From Prochloraceae cyanobacterium (GTDB lineage: Bacteria; Cyanobacteriota; Cyanobacteriia; Cyanobacteriales; JASJDA01), in contig JASJDA010000001.1 of NCBI GenBank assembly GCA_030065755.1, positions 24,822 through 88,821 of the forward strand: 64,000 bases of DNA, given 5' to 3'. Below, one piece after another: positions 16,456 through 27,079 of the stretch. The notes under the pieces are model-generated. The model had not been told where the DNA came from. It saw nothing but the letters and a program-made list of their open reading frames with translations, and did no database searches. The translations under genes were made by a program, and so were the position numbers. Position 1 is the first letter of the stretch. Each line of letters starts with the position of its first letter.

Positions 16456-19400
16456 TTAGAACAAATTAAAACGATGAAATTTACCAGCAAATAAATCGTG
16501 GAGAATTGTATAAAAACAAGGAATAATAAAGAGGGTCAAAAAAGTGGCTAAAGACAAACCAGAAAAGACAACTATACCTAAAGGTTGTAAAAATTCCGAA
16601 CCTTGACCAATTCCTAAAGCCAAAGGAAACAGTCCTAAAACAGTCGTGATAGTAGTCATTAAAATAGGTCGCAAACGTTGGGATGCGGCTTTTAAAATAG
16701 CCTCGTAGCGATCGAGCTTTTGTTCTGTATAAATTTGGTTGGCAAACTCTACCATAACGATCGCATTATTAACCACAATTCCTACTAATAAAATCGCCCC
16801 GACTAATACTGTTGCACCTATAGCAGTATTGGTAATATAAAGTCCGAATATTCCTCCCGCTAATGCCAAGGGAATGGTAAATATAATCACCAAAGGATCG
16901 ACTAGAGAATTATATTGCACTGCCATCACTACAAATACTAAAAAAGCAGCTAACCAACCCAAAATTGTGAGAGAATCTTGTAATTGCTGGTTAGTTGCTT
17001 GGGAAAAACTGGGGAGAAATGTAACTCCAGCAGGCAGTTCTAAAGACTCCAAAACTGAATTAGTTTGGTCAAATGCTTCTGACAAAGTTGCGCCTTCAGC
17101 CAGGTTTCCTGCTATTAAAAATACGTTTCGTCTATTAATACGTTGAATTTCTCCTGGGGCAACTCCAAGTTGTATTTGGGCTATATCTTGAAGATATATG
17201 GATCGATCGTCACCTACTAATACTGGTAATTGGGATAATTGAGAGACATTTTGTATGGCAGATTGTTCTAATTGAACTCGAATATCTACTAAGCGATCGC
17301 CTCGCTGTAATTCAGTTGGTATCGTCCCGTCGATCGCAGTTTGGAGTGCTTCACCTATATTATTAACAGACAAGTCAAATTGGGCAATTCTTTCCCAGTC
17401 GGGGCGAATTTGTACTTCTGGCTGTTTGCGATCGCTATTGCTGCGAAAACGGGCTAGTGTAACGGCGCGATCGAGTTCTTCTAATACGTGTAATCCTGCT
17501 TGTTCTAAAAGTTTTGGATCGGTTCCCTGTAAATTTACGTCGATTTCTCCTCGCGTGGGAGAATTAGAGAGGGTAATTCCTCGGACTCTTTCAGGACTCA
17601 TTCGCAACCGAGTATTGACCAGATTTAAGTCAGCCAACTCTCGGTTACAACGATCGATATAAGCGTCTAAATTACTTCCTGGCTTAATGACGATTTTACT
17701 CGAACCTCGCAATACGTTAGGAAAATTACTATTACCGAAAACAAAGCCTCCCGCAGTGGTAAATACACTCTCAGTTTCTGGTTGACTCAATAAAATATCG
17801 TCCACCATTTTCATCACTCGACGATTTTCTGCCAAAGTAGTCCCAGGAGGAAATGAAGCATATAAATTCGCTTGTCCGGTATTAATGCGAGGTAGGATTT
17901 CTCGATCGAGCTGTCCTGCTAATAAAATACTATTACCGCCCAAACCAATAAAAGCGATCGCAATAACTAGCAAGCGATAGCGCAATACTAACCCTAACCA
18001 CCATTGATAAGTTCTATTAGCAGCCCGAAAACTGCGATCGAACCAGCGCAATAAAAAGAAGTTACCCAACCCACTCGATCGAGGAATAGCTAACAAACGA
18101 GATGCTAACATCGGTACCACAGTTAAAGCTATAACTAAGGATGAAGCCACAGCAAAACTAATAGTCAGAATTAATTGATTGAATAACAAAGAGAACAATC
18201 CGCCAACCAATAAAAACGGTACTACCGACACTAAATTAGTACTGGTTGAAGCTAATAATGCCGATTCTATCTCAGTACTGCTGCGTTCGGCTGCATCGAT
18301 CGCATCCCGTTGTTTGAGAGATCTTTTGGCTCTTATATCTACCCCCTCGGCGATCGCTTCCAACATCACGATCGCGTTATCGACCACGATACCCACACCC
18401 AAGGCTAATCCACCCAAACTAAATATATTCAGAGATAAGCCAAATAACTTCATCAAGACGATCGCGGTTAAAGTAGCCAGAGGAATAGCAATAACAATAA
18501 TCAGGGTTTGTCGCAGGGAACCCAAAAACAATAAAACTGTTAAAGCTGCTAATATGGCACCACTCAAACCAGATACAGCTACATTCCTAATAGCGTTGCG
18601 AATAAATACCGACTCGTCAAAAGTAGTAATTAACTTTACATCATCAGAAATCAAACCAGATTTGCGCAACCAATCTAATCTTTCTTTTACTCCCTCTATG
18701 ACCGCAACAGTATTAGCATCGGGTTGCTTTTGAATGCTTACCTTAACTGCTGGTTCCTTATTGAGATAAACAAACACCCGTTGTTCTGCGGTTCCGTCAA
18801 TTACTTCTGCAAAATCCCGTAAATATACCCGTCGATCTCCTACTTTAAAAGCTACGTCCCGAATCTCTTCAGGGGTTTGAAAGCGCCCTACAGTCCTAGT
18901 TAAAGGCTCTTCTCTACCCCCCGACAAACGTCCCCCAGACACGTCTAAATTGCGATTTTCCAACTCATCTAATACGTCGGTCAATCCCAATCCCAAAGCT
19001 TGCAAACGCACCGGATCGATCCTGACTTGTACCTCTTCGGTTACTCCTCCAGAAACGTCTACAGTAGCCACTCCAGGAACTACACTTAATTCTCGCCCCA
19101 ATTCTTCATCAGCAAAAACCCGCAGATCTACATCTTTTAAAGAAGGAGATTGTAAAGCAAACTCGTATACTGGCAATCCAGAAGGCTCAAACTTAAATAT
19201 AACGGGATCTTCTACCACATCTGGCAACCTTCCTCTAGCGCGGTTAAAAGAAGCTGTAGCCTCGTTTAAAGCTTGGTCTACATCTCCACCAGGTTTAAAA
19301 TAAAGGTCGATACTAACGCGACCTTCCCTGGTTCTAGAGTAAATTTGAACTACTCCCTCGGTAACGCTTAAAGCTTCTTCGAGGGGTTTTGTTACCTCTT

Positions 19401-19590
19401 CTACTGCTACTTCTGGAGAAACCCCAGGGGCACTCAAACGCACTCCAATGCGAGGATAAGTAATAGAAGGGAGCAAATCTACTTGAATTTGAAAGACAAA
19501 AAATAATCCCAGTACGATCGCTGTAGTAGTTATAGCTAGCGTACCAATATGACGGCGAATTGCTGTAGCGCTGATACTAAATCGATTCAT
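16456..19590 (-). CDS. RND-family efflux transporter permease (AcrB/HAE-type)
   Basis: 1044 aa with the typical N-terminus RRHIGTLAITTTAIVLG, a 12-TM RND architecture, and conserved VDNAIVM repeats in both halves. Confidence 0.92.
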   Translation of the reverse strand: MNRFSISATAIRRHIGTLAITTTAIVLGLFFVFQIQVDLLPSITYPRIGVRLSAPGVSPEVAVEEVTKPLEEALSVTEGVVQIYSRTREGRVSIDLYFKPGGDVDQALNEATASFNRARGRLPDVVEDPVIFKFEPSGLPVYEFALQSPSLKDVDLRVFADEELGRELSVVPGVATVDVSGGVTEEVQVRIDPVRLQALGLGLTDVLDELENRNLDVSGGRLSGGREEPLTRTVGRFQTPEEIRDVAFKVGDRRVYLRDFAEVIDGTAEQRVFVYLNKEPAVKVSIQKQPDANTVAVIEGVKERLDWLRKSGLISDDVKLITTFDESVFIRNAIRNVAVSGLSGAILAALTVLLFLGSLRQTLIIVIAIPLATLTAIVLMKLFGLSLNIFSLGGLALGVGIVVDNAIVMLEAIAEGVDIRAKRSLKQRDAIDAAERSSTEIESALLASTSTNLVSVVPFLLVGGLFSLLFNQLILTISFAVASSLVIALTVVPMLASRLLAIPRSSGLGNFFLLRWFDRSFRAANRTYQWWLGLVLRYRLLVIAIAFIGLGGNSILLAGQLDREILPRINTGQANLYASFPPGTTLAENRRVMKMVDDILLSQPETESVFTTAGGFVFGNSNFPNVLRGSSKIVIKPGSNLDAYIDRCNRELADLNLVNTRLRMSPERVRGITLSNSPTRGEIDVNLQGTDPKLLEQAGLHVLEELDRAVTLARFRSNSDRKQPEVQIRPDWERIAQFDLSVNNIGEALQTAIDGTIPTELQRGDRLVDIRVQLEQSAIQNVSQLSQLPVLVGDDRSIYLQDIAQIQLGVAPGEIQRINRRNVFLIAGNLAEGATLSEAFDQTNSVLESLELPAGVTFLPSFSQATNQQLQDSLTILGWLAAFLVFVVMAVQYNSLVDPLVIIFTIPLALAGGIFGLYITNTAIGATVLVGAILLVGIVVNNAIVMVEFANQIYTEQKLDRYEAILKAASQRLRPILMTTITTVLGLFPLALGIGQGSEFLQPLGIVVFSGLSLATFLTLFIIPCFYTILHDLFAGKFHRFNLF

Positions 19591-19592
19591 AA

Positions 19593-20900
19593 TTAAAATT
19601 GGGAAAGGGCGCTTAAACGTACAGACTGACCTGTTGTTAAAGGACGACTGCTGCGGGCTACAAAACGATCGCCTGGTTTTAGTCCCGAAATTATTTCTAC
19701 GCGATCGTTGTAGCGATCGCCCAGTTTGACTGTTTGGGCTTTTACAGTTGCACTGTCACCGTCGCCCTCGACAATAAATACAGTATCTTTTCCTTGTAAA
19801 GCTGTTGTGGGAACTACTATTTTGTCTGGAGTTCGATCGCCAAATTCTACTCTAGCTAATAACCCGCTGCCGATGCGTCTTTGAGGATTGGGTATAATAA
19901 CCTCTACAGGGATTTGTCTGGCGGTAATATCGGCGGCTGGAGAAATGCGACTGACTCGACCTTGTATTTTTTGCTGGGGAAAAGCATCCAAACGAACTTT
20001 AACAGTTTGTCCCACCCGAACCCGAGATAATCCTAATTCGGAGACAGGAACCACTATTTTAACTTCGCTAAAATTGCCCAGTTTCAATAGTTCATTTCCT
20101 GGTTGAATTAAGTTTCCTGGTTCTGTGAGGCGCTGAAATACTATCCCCGAAATGGGCGATGTCAGATTAGCATAAGATAGCCTTTCTCTTTCCTCCGCTA
20201 CTGCAGAAAGCTGTACTTTCACTCTTTGTCGTGCGGTGGCTAATGTTTCTCGTTCGATGCGGATCTGTTCTCTTGCCGATCGCAATACTTTAGCCGCTAC
20301 AGCAGCATCTTTTTGGGCTACTTCAGCTTGTTGGCGGGAGAGGGCGCCAGCTTTAGCGAGACTGATGTTTCTGGCAGCATCAGCTTTGGCTTGTTGTAAT
20401 TCTACCTCTGCTTGTTCTGCTCTGACTTGAGCATTTGAGACCTCATTGAGAGCGCTTCTAACTTCAGATTTTCTCGCAGCTAATTCTGCTTCGGCTTCTC
20501 TGAGGTTAGTTCGTAAAATAGTATCGTCTAATTTAGCCAAAACTTGCCCAATTTGGACTCGATCGCCTACGTCTACATTGAGTTGTAATAATCTTCCTTC
20601 CGTTTGCGATCGCAACGATACTTGTCGGACTGGTTGGGTATTGCCAATATAAGCTAAAGGTTCCCGCAATCGATCTAAACTGGCGATCGCTACTTCTACT
20701 CTTGGAGATCGTCTCTCTCGATTGATTTTCGGTCGTGCTTCTACTTCCTTACTAAAAATACTGTCGCACCCAGCCAATCCAGGGAATAATAAAATTAGGA
20801 ATAGGAATACTATTGTCGAATTACCGCATGTAGCCGAGATTTTGCGTTTTTTTTGCCGTTTGTGGAGTATTTTCCCTAACATAGCTGTTAATTTGTCCAA
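19593..20900 (-). CDS. RND efflux periplasmic adaptor (membrane fusion protein), lipoprotein
   Basis: Lipobox LAGC, a long coiled-coil hairpin (AEAELAARKSE...AEVELQQAKAD) and beta-barrel motifs. There is a 2-nt gap to the RND pump gene. Confidence 0.88.
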   Translation of the reverse strand: MDKLTAMLGKILHKRQKKRKISATCGNSTIVFLFLILLFPGLAGCDSIFSKEVEARPKINRERRSPRVEVAIASLDRLREPLAYIGNTQPVRQVSLRSQTEGRLLQLNVDVGDRVQIGQVLAKLDDTILRTNLREAEAELAARKSEVRSALNEVSNAQVRAEQAEVELQQAKADAARNISLAKAGALSRQQAEVAQKDAAVAAKVLRSAREQIRIERETLATARQRVKVQLSAVAEERERLSYANLTSPISGIVFQRLTEPGNLIQPGNELLKLGNFSEVKIVVPVSELGLSRVRVGQTVKVRLDAFPQQKIQGRVSRISPAADITARQIPVEVIIPNPQRRIGSGLLARVEFGDRTPDKIVVPTTALQGKDTVFIVEGDGDSATVKAQTVKLGDRYNDRVEIISGLKPGDRFVARSSRPLTTGQSVRLSALSQF

Positions 20901-21029
20901 TTAATTCGACTGAAATTAACCTTTTGTCATACTTTTTTTTATTTTGTTTTAATCATTCAACTATAACTCAGCTTTTCAAAAGCGTCTCCCTATTATTTGG
21001 GAAACTCTTAAATCAAGTATTTTGACTTT

Positions 21030-21641
21030 TCAATCTTTTCCCCAAATAGCTAAACCCCCTCCTTTTCCCCTAGCTGCGATAAACTTTTCTGTGACTAGAA
21101 AATAGACAAAAAATGATGCTTGCTTTGCAAAACTAGTTTGATAAAAATTTTCTTCGCTTGCTTGACCGTCACGAATGTAACCAGAATACACTTTGAAACC
21201 GAACAATTCCACAGTCATCCTAGTAAAATCGAAGGCAAGTATGTATTTACCAGACAATAATTTAATAGGGCCACTAACGCATAACTTTAAAGGGCCAAAT
21301 TCAACTAAATTTTCGACCCAACCAGCCTCAAAATTGTTTTCCTGTTCTACTTCCAACTTAGTTTCATTGTGGTAAGAAATTGTAATTTTCACCCAATTGG
21401 GAACGTAACGTCCTGCACCTAAAACAATACCAGCGCGATCGCGAGTTTTTTTGGTTCCAGTAATAAAACACAAGCGCCAGTTTCCTATTAAGCGATCTAA
21501 ATTGTATTTTTGTTTGTTCTTCTTAGAACTTTTTTCTTCCGTCAGTAGCGCTTCTACTACTAGATCGGGAGAAGGTTTTTGTACTTCTCTAGTGACAACT
21601 GCTTTGGCAGCTTGAGAAATAACTAATAAGTTGTCAGTCAT
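21030..21641 (-). CDS. Hypothetical protein
   Basis: 203-aa ORF with plausible coding character and no motif I can assign. Confidence 0.5.
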   Translation of the reverse strand: MTDNLLVISQAAKAVVTREVQKPSPDLVVEALLTEEKSSKKNKQKYNLDRLIGNWRLCFITGTKKTRDRAGIVLGAGRYVPNWVKITISYHNETKLEVEQENNFEAGWVENLVEFGPLKLCVSGPIKLLSGKYILAFDFTRMTVELFGFKVYSGYIRDGQASEENFYQTSFAKQASFFVYFLVTEKFIAARGKGGGLAIWGKD

Positions 21642-21775
21642 AAGTATATCCTAAGTTATTTGTTAAGTCCTAAAAAATCTCAAAGTATTGCCGACCAAAG
21701 GATTAAGACCATTTTACTATTAAAATTTTGATTGTAATCGAGCAGTAAATCAAATATATTAACTTTGAAAGCGCT

Positions 21776-23074
21776 TTGGCGAAACTTGAGATGAAAAACG
21801 ATCCAGAACAACTGATAGAATTAGCTCTCAAAGCAGGGGCGACTCATGCAGAAGTATATCAGTCACGATCGCTATCTCGTCCCGTATCCTTTGAAGCAAA
21901 TCGCCTCAAACAGTTAGAATCTTCTCAATCTGAAGGAACAGCACTAAGATTGTGGCGAGAAGGTTGTCCTGGTTTAGCAGTAGCATACGGAAAAGTAGAA
22001 CCAGAAGCATTAGTAGAAAAAGCGATCGCCATATCTCAACTCAACCCCCCAGAAACGATCGAAATAGGTTCAGCGCGTACGGAAATACATCCCCCAGTAG
22101 GAAAAGAAATAGGAGTAAAAGAATTAATAGAAATAGGGAAAGAGGCGATCGCGCAAATTCGGGAAATTTATCCAGAAGTACTTTGCAACGCCGAATTTGA
22201 ATGCGAAACAGACATAACCACTCTAATCAACTCCCAAGGACTCCACTGCGAATACACCGATATCTCCTTGAGTTACTCTCTTGGGGTGGAATGGGTGCGC
22301 GGGGAAGATTTTTTAGGTGTTTACGACGGTGAATATACCAGAGATCGACTCAATACAGAAACAGTTATCCAACAGATTTTACAGCGCATACAATGGGCTG
22401 AGTCTAACGTATCTCCACCCGTGGGAAAAATTCCCGTTGTCTTTACCCCCGATGCAGCAACCATGTTGTGGGCTACGGTGTCTGATGCTTTGAGTGGTAA
22501 GCGAGTAGTAGAGGGGTCTTCTCCTTGGAGCGAACTTAAAGGAGAATTAGTAGTATCCGATCGTCTGACTCTCTCCCAGCAGCCAGATAGAAAACCCTAT
22601 GAGTGTCCCTTTGACGACGAAGGTACGCCAACAAAGTTCTTGTCCTTAATTACCCAAGGAAGATTAGAACAATTTTACAGCGATCGCGCCACGGGGAGAA
22701 TTTTAGGAACGGGAACTACAGGGAATGGTTTTCGTCCCAGTTTAGGTCGCTATCCTACCCCAGATTTAATAAATTTACTTGTCGAACCAGGTCAAGGATC
22801 CCTAATAGATTTAGTGAGTCAGTTAGATCGAGGGTTAATAGTAGACCAAATGTTGGGAGATGACGCTGATATTTCTGGCGACTTCTCGATTAATCTAGAT
22901 TTAGGCTATCGAGTCGAGAAAGGTAAAATAGTCGGTCGAGTTAAAGATACCATGGTAGCTGGGAATATATATACGGCCTTGAAACAACTAATTGCTTTAG
23001 GTGGTGACCTTAAGTGGAATGGTTCTTGTTACACTCCTTCTTTGATAGTAGAGGGCTTGTCAGTGGTTGCTTAA
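21776..23074 (+). CDS. TldD/PmbA-family metalloprotease-like protein
   Basis: The N-terminus LIELALKAGATHAEVY..., and a C-terminal GDFS...G....G pattern typical of PmbA/TldD. The ATG at 21791 is an alternative start. Confidence 0.82.
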   Translation: MAKLEMKNDPEQLIELALKAGATHAEVYQSRSLSRPVSFEANRLKQLESSQSEGTALRLWREGCPGLAVAYGKVEPEALVEKAIAISQLNPPETIEIGSARTEIHPPVGKEIGVKELIEIGKEAIAQIREIYPEVLCNAEFECETDITTLINSQGLHCEYTDISLSYSLGVEWVRGEDFLGVYDGEYTRDRLNTETVIQQILQRIQWAESNVSPPVGKIPVVFTPDAATMLWATVSDALSGKRVVEGSSPWSELKGELVVSDRLTLSQQPDRKPYECPFDDEGTPTKFLSLITQGRLEQFYSDRATGRILGTGTTGNGFRPSLGRYPTPDLINLLVEPGQGSLIDLVSQLDRGLIVDQMLGDDADISGDFSINLDLGYRVEKGKIVGRVKDTMVAGNIYTALKQLIALGGDLKWNGSCYTPSLIVEGLSVVA

Positions 23075-23102
23075 AACAGTTATCAGTTATCAGTTATCAG
23101 TT
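23075..23102. repeat. STRR heptamer array (AACAGTT/ATCAGTT)
   Basis: Direct reading, immediately after the tldD/pmbA stop. Confidence 0.85.
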
Positions 23103-23345
23103 GTGAATTCATTTTTGAATCAATTGATAATGGTGATTGGGTAGCGATCGGGATGTTACTTTAGCTGCATTTAACGGGAATGATATAGATGTAATTGTCA
23201 ATGCTTGTCAGACAACTAGCTAAGGGTGTTTGTTGGTTCCCGATCGTATTTTTGGAAATAAATCAGATTATTGAAAATAACTAAATTTCAAAATCGATCG
23301 CAATAATTTCAAACACTTATTTTGAGTAATAGTTTAGTAATAATC

Positions 23346-24575
23346 ATGCAAGTTTTACATATTAACTATTCCGATATGAGCGGAGGGGCAGCGATTGCTT
23401 CCTATCGACTGCATCAAGGGTTAATCAAACAAGGAATTAACTCAAAGATGCTTGTAGAGTTAAGAAAAAGTACAAGTAAGCAAATAGCTAAAATTAAACG
23501 CAGAAATAGTATTGAAAATTTTATATCTAAAGTTTTTTCTCGATTAGGAGTTAATTATATCAATCTTCTCAGTACCTTTAATCTCGATCGGCATCCTTTC
23601 TATCAAGAAGCAGATATTTTAACCTTTCACAATCTTCACGGCGCTTACTTTAACTACCTTGCAATTCCTAAACTCAATCGAGAAAAACCTGCTATTTTCA
23701 GACTTGCTGATATGTGGGCCTTTACGGGACACTGCGTCTATAGTTATGACTGCGATCGATGGAAAACAGGTTGTGGTAAATGTCCTTATCTTGACAATTA
23801 TCCCTCTATTTCTAGAGATAATACTCATTTAGAATGGAAACTAAAAAATTGGGTGTACGATCGTTCCAATTTAACTATTGTCACTCCCAGTAAATGGTTA
23901 GCAGAAGAAGCTAAACAAAGCATGCTTAACCGTTTTTCGATACATCACGTACCTAATGGAATTGATACGGAAGTTTATCAACCCCTAGATCCTATTTTGT
24001 GTCGTCAGGTATTAAATATATCTCCAGAGAAAAAAGTCCTAATGTTTGTAGCCCACAACCTTAACGATCGACGTAAAGGAAGGGATTTACTCAAAACTGC
24101 ATTAACTAACTTACCAGATACCCTCAAACAAGACTTACTCTTATTAACCATAGGAAATGGTGGGGAAACAATAGCTGAAACAGTAGGAATTAAGACTTTA
24201 AACCTAGGTTATGTTAGTGGCGATCGCCTTAAAGTAATTGCTTACTCAGCCTCCGATTTATTTGTCTTTCCTACTCGTGCGGATAACTTACCCTTAGTCT
24301 TGCAGGAAAGTATGGCTTGTGGAAGACCAATGGTATCTTTTAATGTGGGAGGAGTATCAGATTTAGTGCGTCACGGGACGACAGGATACCTTGCTAAACT
24401 AGAAGATGCCGAGGATTTTAGTCAGGCTATCTTGCAACTATTAGAGGACGATCGACTCAGGGAGACAATGAGTCAAAATTGTCGCCAGATAGCTATTGAA
24501 GAATATTCTGTAGAATTACAAGCCCAAAGGTATATTGAATTGTATAAACAGACATTAGGTAGATTTCGAGGCTAA
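23346..24575 (+). CDS. Glycosyltransferase family 4 (group 1)
   Basis: N-terminus MQVLHINYSDMSGGAAIA, and a C-terminal GT4 pattern (FVFPTRADNLPLVLQESMACGRPMVSFNVGG, the E-x7-E region). Confidence 0.85.
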   Translation: MQVLHINYSDMSGGAAIASYRLHQGLIKQGINSKMLVELRKSTSKQIAKIKRRNSIENFISKVFSRLGVNYINLLSTFNLDRHPFYQEADILTFHNLHGAYFNYLAIPKLNREKPAIFRLADMWAFTGHCVYSYDCDRWKTGCGKCPYLDNYPSISRDNTHLEWKLKNWVYDRSNLTIVTPSKWLAEEAKQSMLNRFSIHHVPNGIDTEVYQPLDPILCRQVLNISPEKKVLMFVAHNLNDRRKGRDLLKTALTNLPDTLKQDLLLLTIGNGGETIAETVGIKTLNLGYVSGDRLKVIAYSASDLFVFPTRADNLPLVLQESMACGRPMVSFNVGGVSDLVRHGTTGYLAKLEDAEDFSQAILQLLEDDRLRETMSQNCRQIAIEEYSVELQAQRYIELYKQTLGRFRG

Positions 24576-24733
24576 TCCGTCGGCGATCGTCAACTTCCAA
24601 TCTCGATCGACTTCGGTGGAAGACTCTCTCTAATTCAAATAATAGTGAATTCAGCAGAAGGGCGATCGTTTTTGTAAAGGATTTGGGAAATTTAAGTATA
24701 GACAACTAAGTAATTCTCAGAAATCGTTGCTAA

Positions 24734-24901
24734 ATGAACCATTCCTTTATGCAGCATCTACCGAGATTTATTCGCCAAAAATTAGAAGGAAAGAGTAATT
24801 TAGGTAAAATTATCGGCAATACAGACTGGTTATTTGCCGATCGCTGTCGAGAAACTGGCAAGGTAACAAACCCGATGGCAAATCCGCTTCCATTCTTTTA
24901 G
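24734..24901 (+). pseudogene. Truncated N-terminal fragment of a Wzx/MOP-type polysaccharide flippase
   Basis: The 55-codon ORF MNHSFMQHLPRFIRQKLEGKSNLGKIIGNTDWLFADR... resembles the N-terminus of cyanobacterial flippases (...GNxGWLFxDR/K...). Similarity ends at a HIP1-like site (gccgatcgc). The fragment is bracketed by 22-bp direct repeats at 24681-24702 and 24973-24994. Confidence 0.4.
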
Positions 24902-25059
24902 TTTCTATAGCAATGTAAAAGTTATTTCTTATTTAAGTAATCTCACAAATATAGCGATCGATATTCAGAATAATTTGGGAACTTTAAGTATAGGTAGACC
25001 GCTCCAGTAAAAACTCGATCGGTATCAATACCTAGCTCAAACAAAAATAATTTAAGCAT

Positions 25060-26211
25060 ATGAGAGAGCAATTCTTAGTGTTCGGTTCTCCTCAAATTCA
25101 GCAAGCAGAAATTGAGGAAGTTGTTGATAGTTTAAAATCCGGTTGGTTAGGTACTGGACCAAAAGTAAAGCAGTTTGAAGAAGATTTTGCTAAATATAAA
25201 AGCACGCCATATTCTGCTGCTCTAAATTCTTGTACCGCAGGACTACATCTTTCTTGTGTTGCTTTGGGGTTACAACCAGGAGATGAAGTCATCACTACTC
25301 CGATGACATTTTGCGCTAGTGTTAATGCCATCATTCATAGCGGTGCCACACCTGTTTTAGCAGATATAAATCCCAAAACTTTCAATATCAATCCAGTAGA
25401 AATAGAGAAAAAAATCACTCCAAATACTCGCGCTATTTTACCAGTTCACTTTGCAGGAAGACCTTGTAATATGGACGCGATTATGACTATTGCTCAAAAA
25501 TATAACTTAGCTCTAATAGAAGATTGCGCTCATGCTATAGAAACTGAGTATAAAGGGGCAAAAGCGGGAACTTTTGGAGATTTTGGCGTATTCAGTTTTT
25601 ACGTCACCAAAAATGTCATTACAGGTGAAGGAGGGATGATAATTTCCTCTGACGAAGAAAGAATTAGTCGAATCAAAGTTTTAGGTCTTCACGGGATGAG
25701 TCGCCACGCTTGGCAGCGTTTTTCTGATAGTGGCTACAAGCATTATTTCGTTCACGAGGCTGGTTACAAGTACAACATGATGGACATACAAGCAGCTATT
25801 GGCATCCATCAGTTGAAGAGGGTAGAGCAAAATTGGCTGCGTCGTCAGGAGATTTGGCAACGTTACAATGAAGCATTTGCCGATTTAGCGATCGATTTAC
25901 CTGCAGATATAGAACCCGATACCCGACATGCTTATCATTTGTACTCGATTCTAGTTGATGAAGCTAGAACTGGTATCAGTCGCGATCGGTTTCTAGAAGC
26001 AATGACAGCCGAAAAAATTGGTATTGGCGTACATTATCTAAGCATTCCCGAACACCCTCACTATCAAAAGACTTTCGGTTGGAGACCAAAAGATTATCCC
26101 CATGCGATGAAAGTTGGACGAGAAACAGTAAGTTTACCTATATCAGCGAAATTAACCGATGGGGACGTAGAGGATGTAATTGCAGCTGTTTATAAAATAC
26201 TGAAAAACTAA
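25060..26211 (+). CDS. DegT/DnrJ/EryC1/StrS-family PLP-dependent sugar aminotransferase
   Basis: The opening FLVFGSPQIQQAEIEEV, the PLP-Lys motif SFYVTKNVITGEGG, and typical length. Confidence 0.9.
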   Translation: MREQFLVFGSPQIQQAEIEEVVDSLKSGWLGTGPKVKQFEEDFAKYKSTPYSAALNSCTAGLHLSCVALGLQPGDEVITTPMTFCASVNAIIHSGATPVLADINPKTFNINPVEIEKKITPNTRAILPVHFAGRPCNMDAIMTIAQKYNLALIEDCAHAIETEYKGAKAGTFGDFGVFSFYVTKNVITGEGGMIISSDEERISRIKVLGLHGMSRHAWQRFSDSGYKHYFVHEAGYKYNMMDIQAAIGIHQLKRVEQNWLRRQEIWQRYNEAFADLAIDLPADIEPDTRHAYHLYSILVDEARTGISRDRFLEAMTAEKIGIGVHYLSIPEHPHYQKTFGWRPKDYPHAMKVGRETVSLPISAKLTDGDVEDVIAAVYKILKN

Positions 26212-26277
26212 TACAGGATATACAAGAGGGATTGGTAAATTAGAAAGTTTTTAAGAACTATCAAGGAGTCATAAATC

Positions 26278-27072
26278 ATGGATTTTAAGCAAGAAGAACT
26301 ACATCAAGCCAATATTTTTAATATTTGGGCAGAGAAAGATTATTTACAATCTACGATTGACCCGAATGATAGCAAAGGATTGAAGTGTGATTATATTGAT
26401 TACTGGTCAAAATTTTACATTAAAAAATTTGTCCTAAATATTCAGGAAAATTATATTTTAGAAATTGGTTGTGGCTCTGGTCGTAATCTGTTTGCACTAT
26501 CTCCATACATTCAGCATGGCTATGGAATTGATATAGCCGATAAACAAATTCAAAATGCTAAAGTTAGACAATCTACGCTTCAAAAAAATAATCTAGAATT
26601 TTACACTAGCTTAAATAAATTTATGGATAATAGTAATGGCAAACATGATATAAATGTCATGTTTACTATGTGGGTTTTAGCTGGTTTTTCTAGCGACAAT
26701 AATTTACAATTAATGTTGAAAAAATATCTAGAAGCTTTCCCAAAAGTCAGAAAGTTTGTATTTTTTGAACAGACTGCTTTAGAAACATATACAGTAGAGG
26801 AATCAGGTGTTTTTTTTAAAAAAGTTAGAACTAAAAATGACTTTAACATGATTTTTTCTAAAGCTGGCTTAAAACTCAAAGATTTTAAAATTATTAATGA
26901 AAAAGGATTTGGTCCAATATACAGATTATTCTATATGACTCAAATCTATAAATACTATCCTAAATGGTTAAACTTAAATAGATTATTCTTCCATATCGAT
27001 CGATACATAGTCAAGAGAAAAATCGCTAGTTCATTTACAGATTGCGTTTTTATTTGTGAAAAATCTTTATGA
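26278..27072 (+). CDS. Class I SAM-dependent methyltransferase
   Basis: Motif I ILEIGCGSGRNL. It lies in the AT-rich segment. Confidence 0.7.
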   Translation: MDFKQEELHQANIFNIWAEKDYLQSTIDPNDSKGLKCDYIDYWSKFYIKKFVLNIQENYILEIGCGSGRNLFALSPYIQHGYGIDIADKQIQNAKVRQSTLQKNNLEFYTSLNKFMDNSNGKHDINVMFTMWVLAGFSSDNNLQLMLKKYLEAFPKVRKFVFFEQTALETYTVEESGVFFKKVRTKNDFNMIFSKAGLKLKDFKIINEKGFGPIYRLFYMTQIYKYYPKWLNLNRLFFHIDRYIVKRKIASSFTDCVFICEKSL

Positions 27073-27079
27073 CTTATAA

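Noticed and set aside
18179-18733. Antisense ORFs within the RND pump and MFP genes (also 16874-17146, 17426-17662, 18950-19303, 19888-20106, 20236-20652)
   Set aside because: All are opposite a confidently identified long CDS. Their products are low-complexity Ser/Thr/Ala/Asn-rich strings without motifs.
19593-20900. RND/MFP pair without an adjacent outer-membrane factor, considered as an anomaly
   Set aside because: Two-gene RND operons that use an unlinked TolC-like protein are common, so this is not noteworthy on its own.
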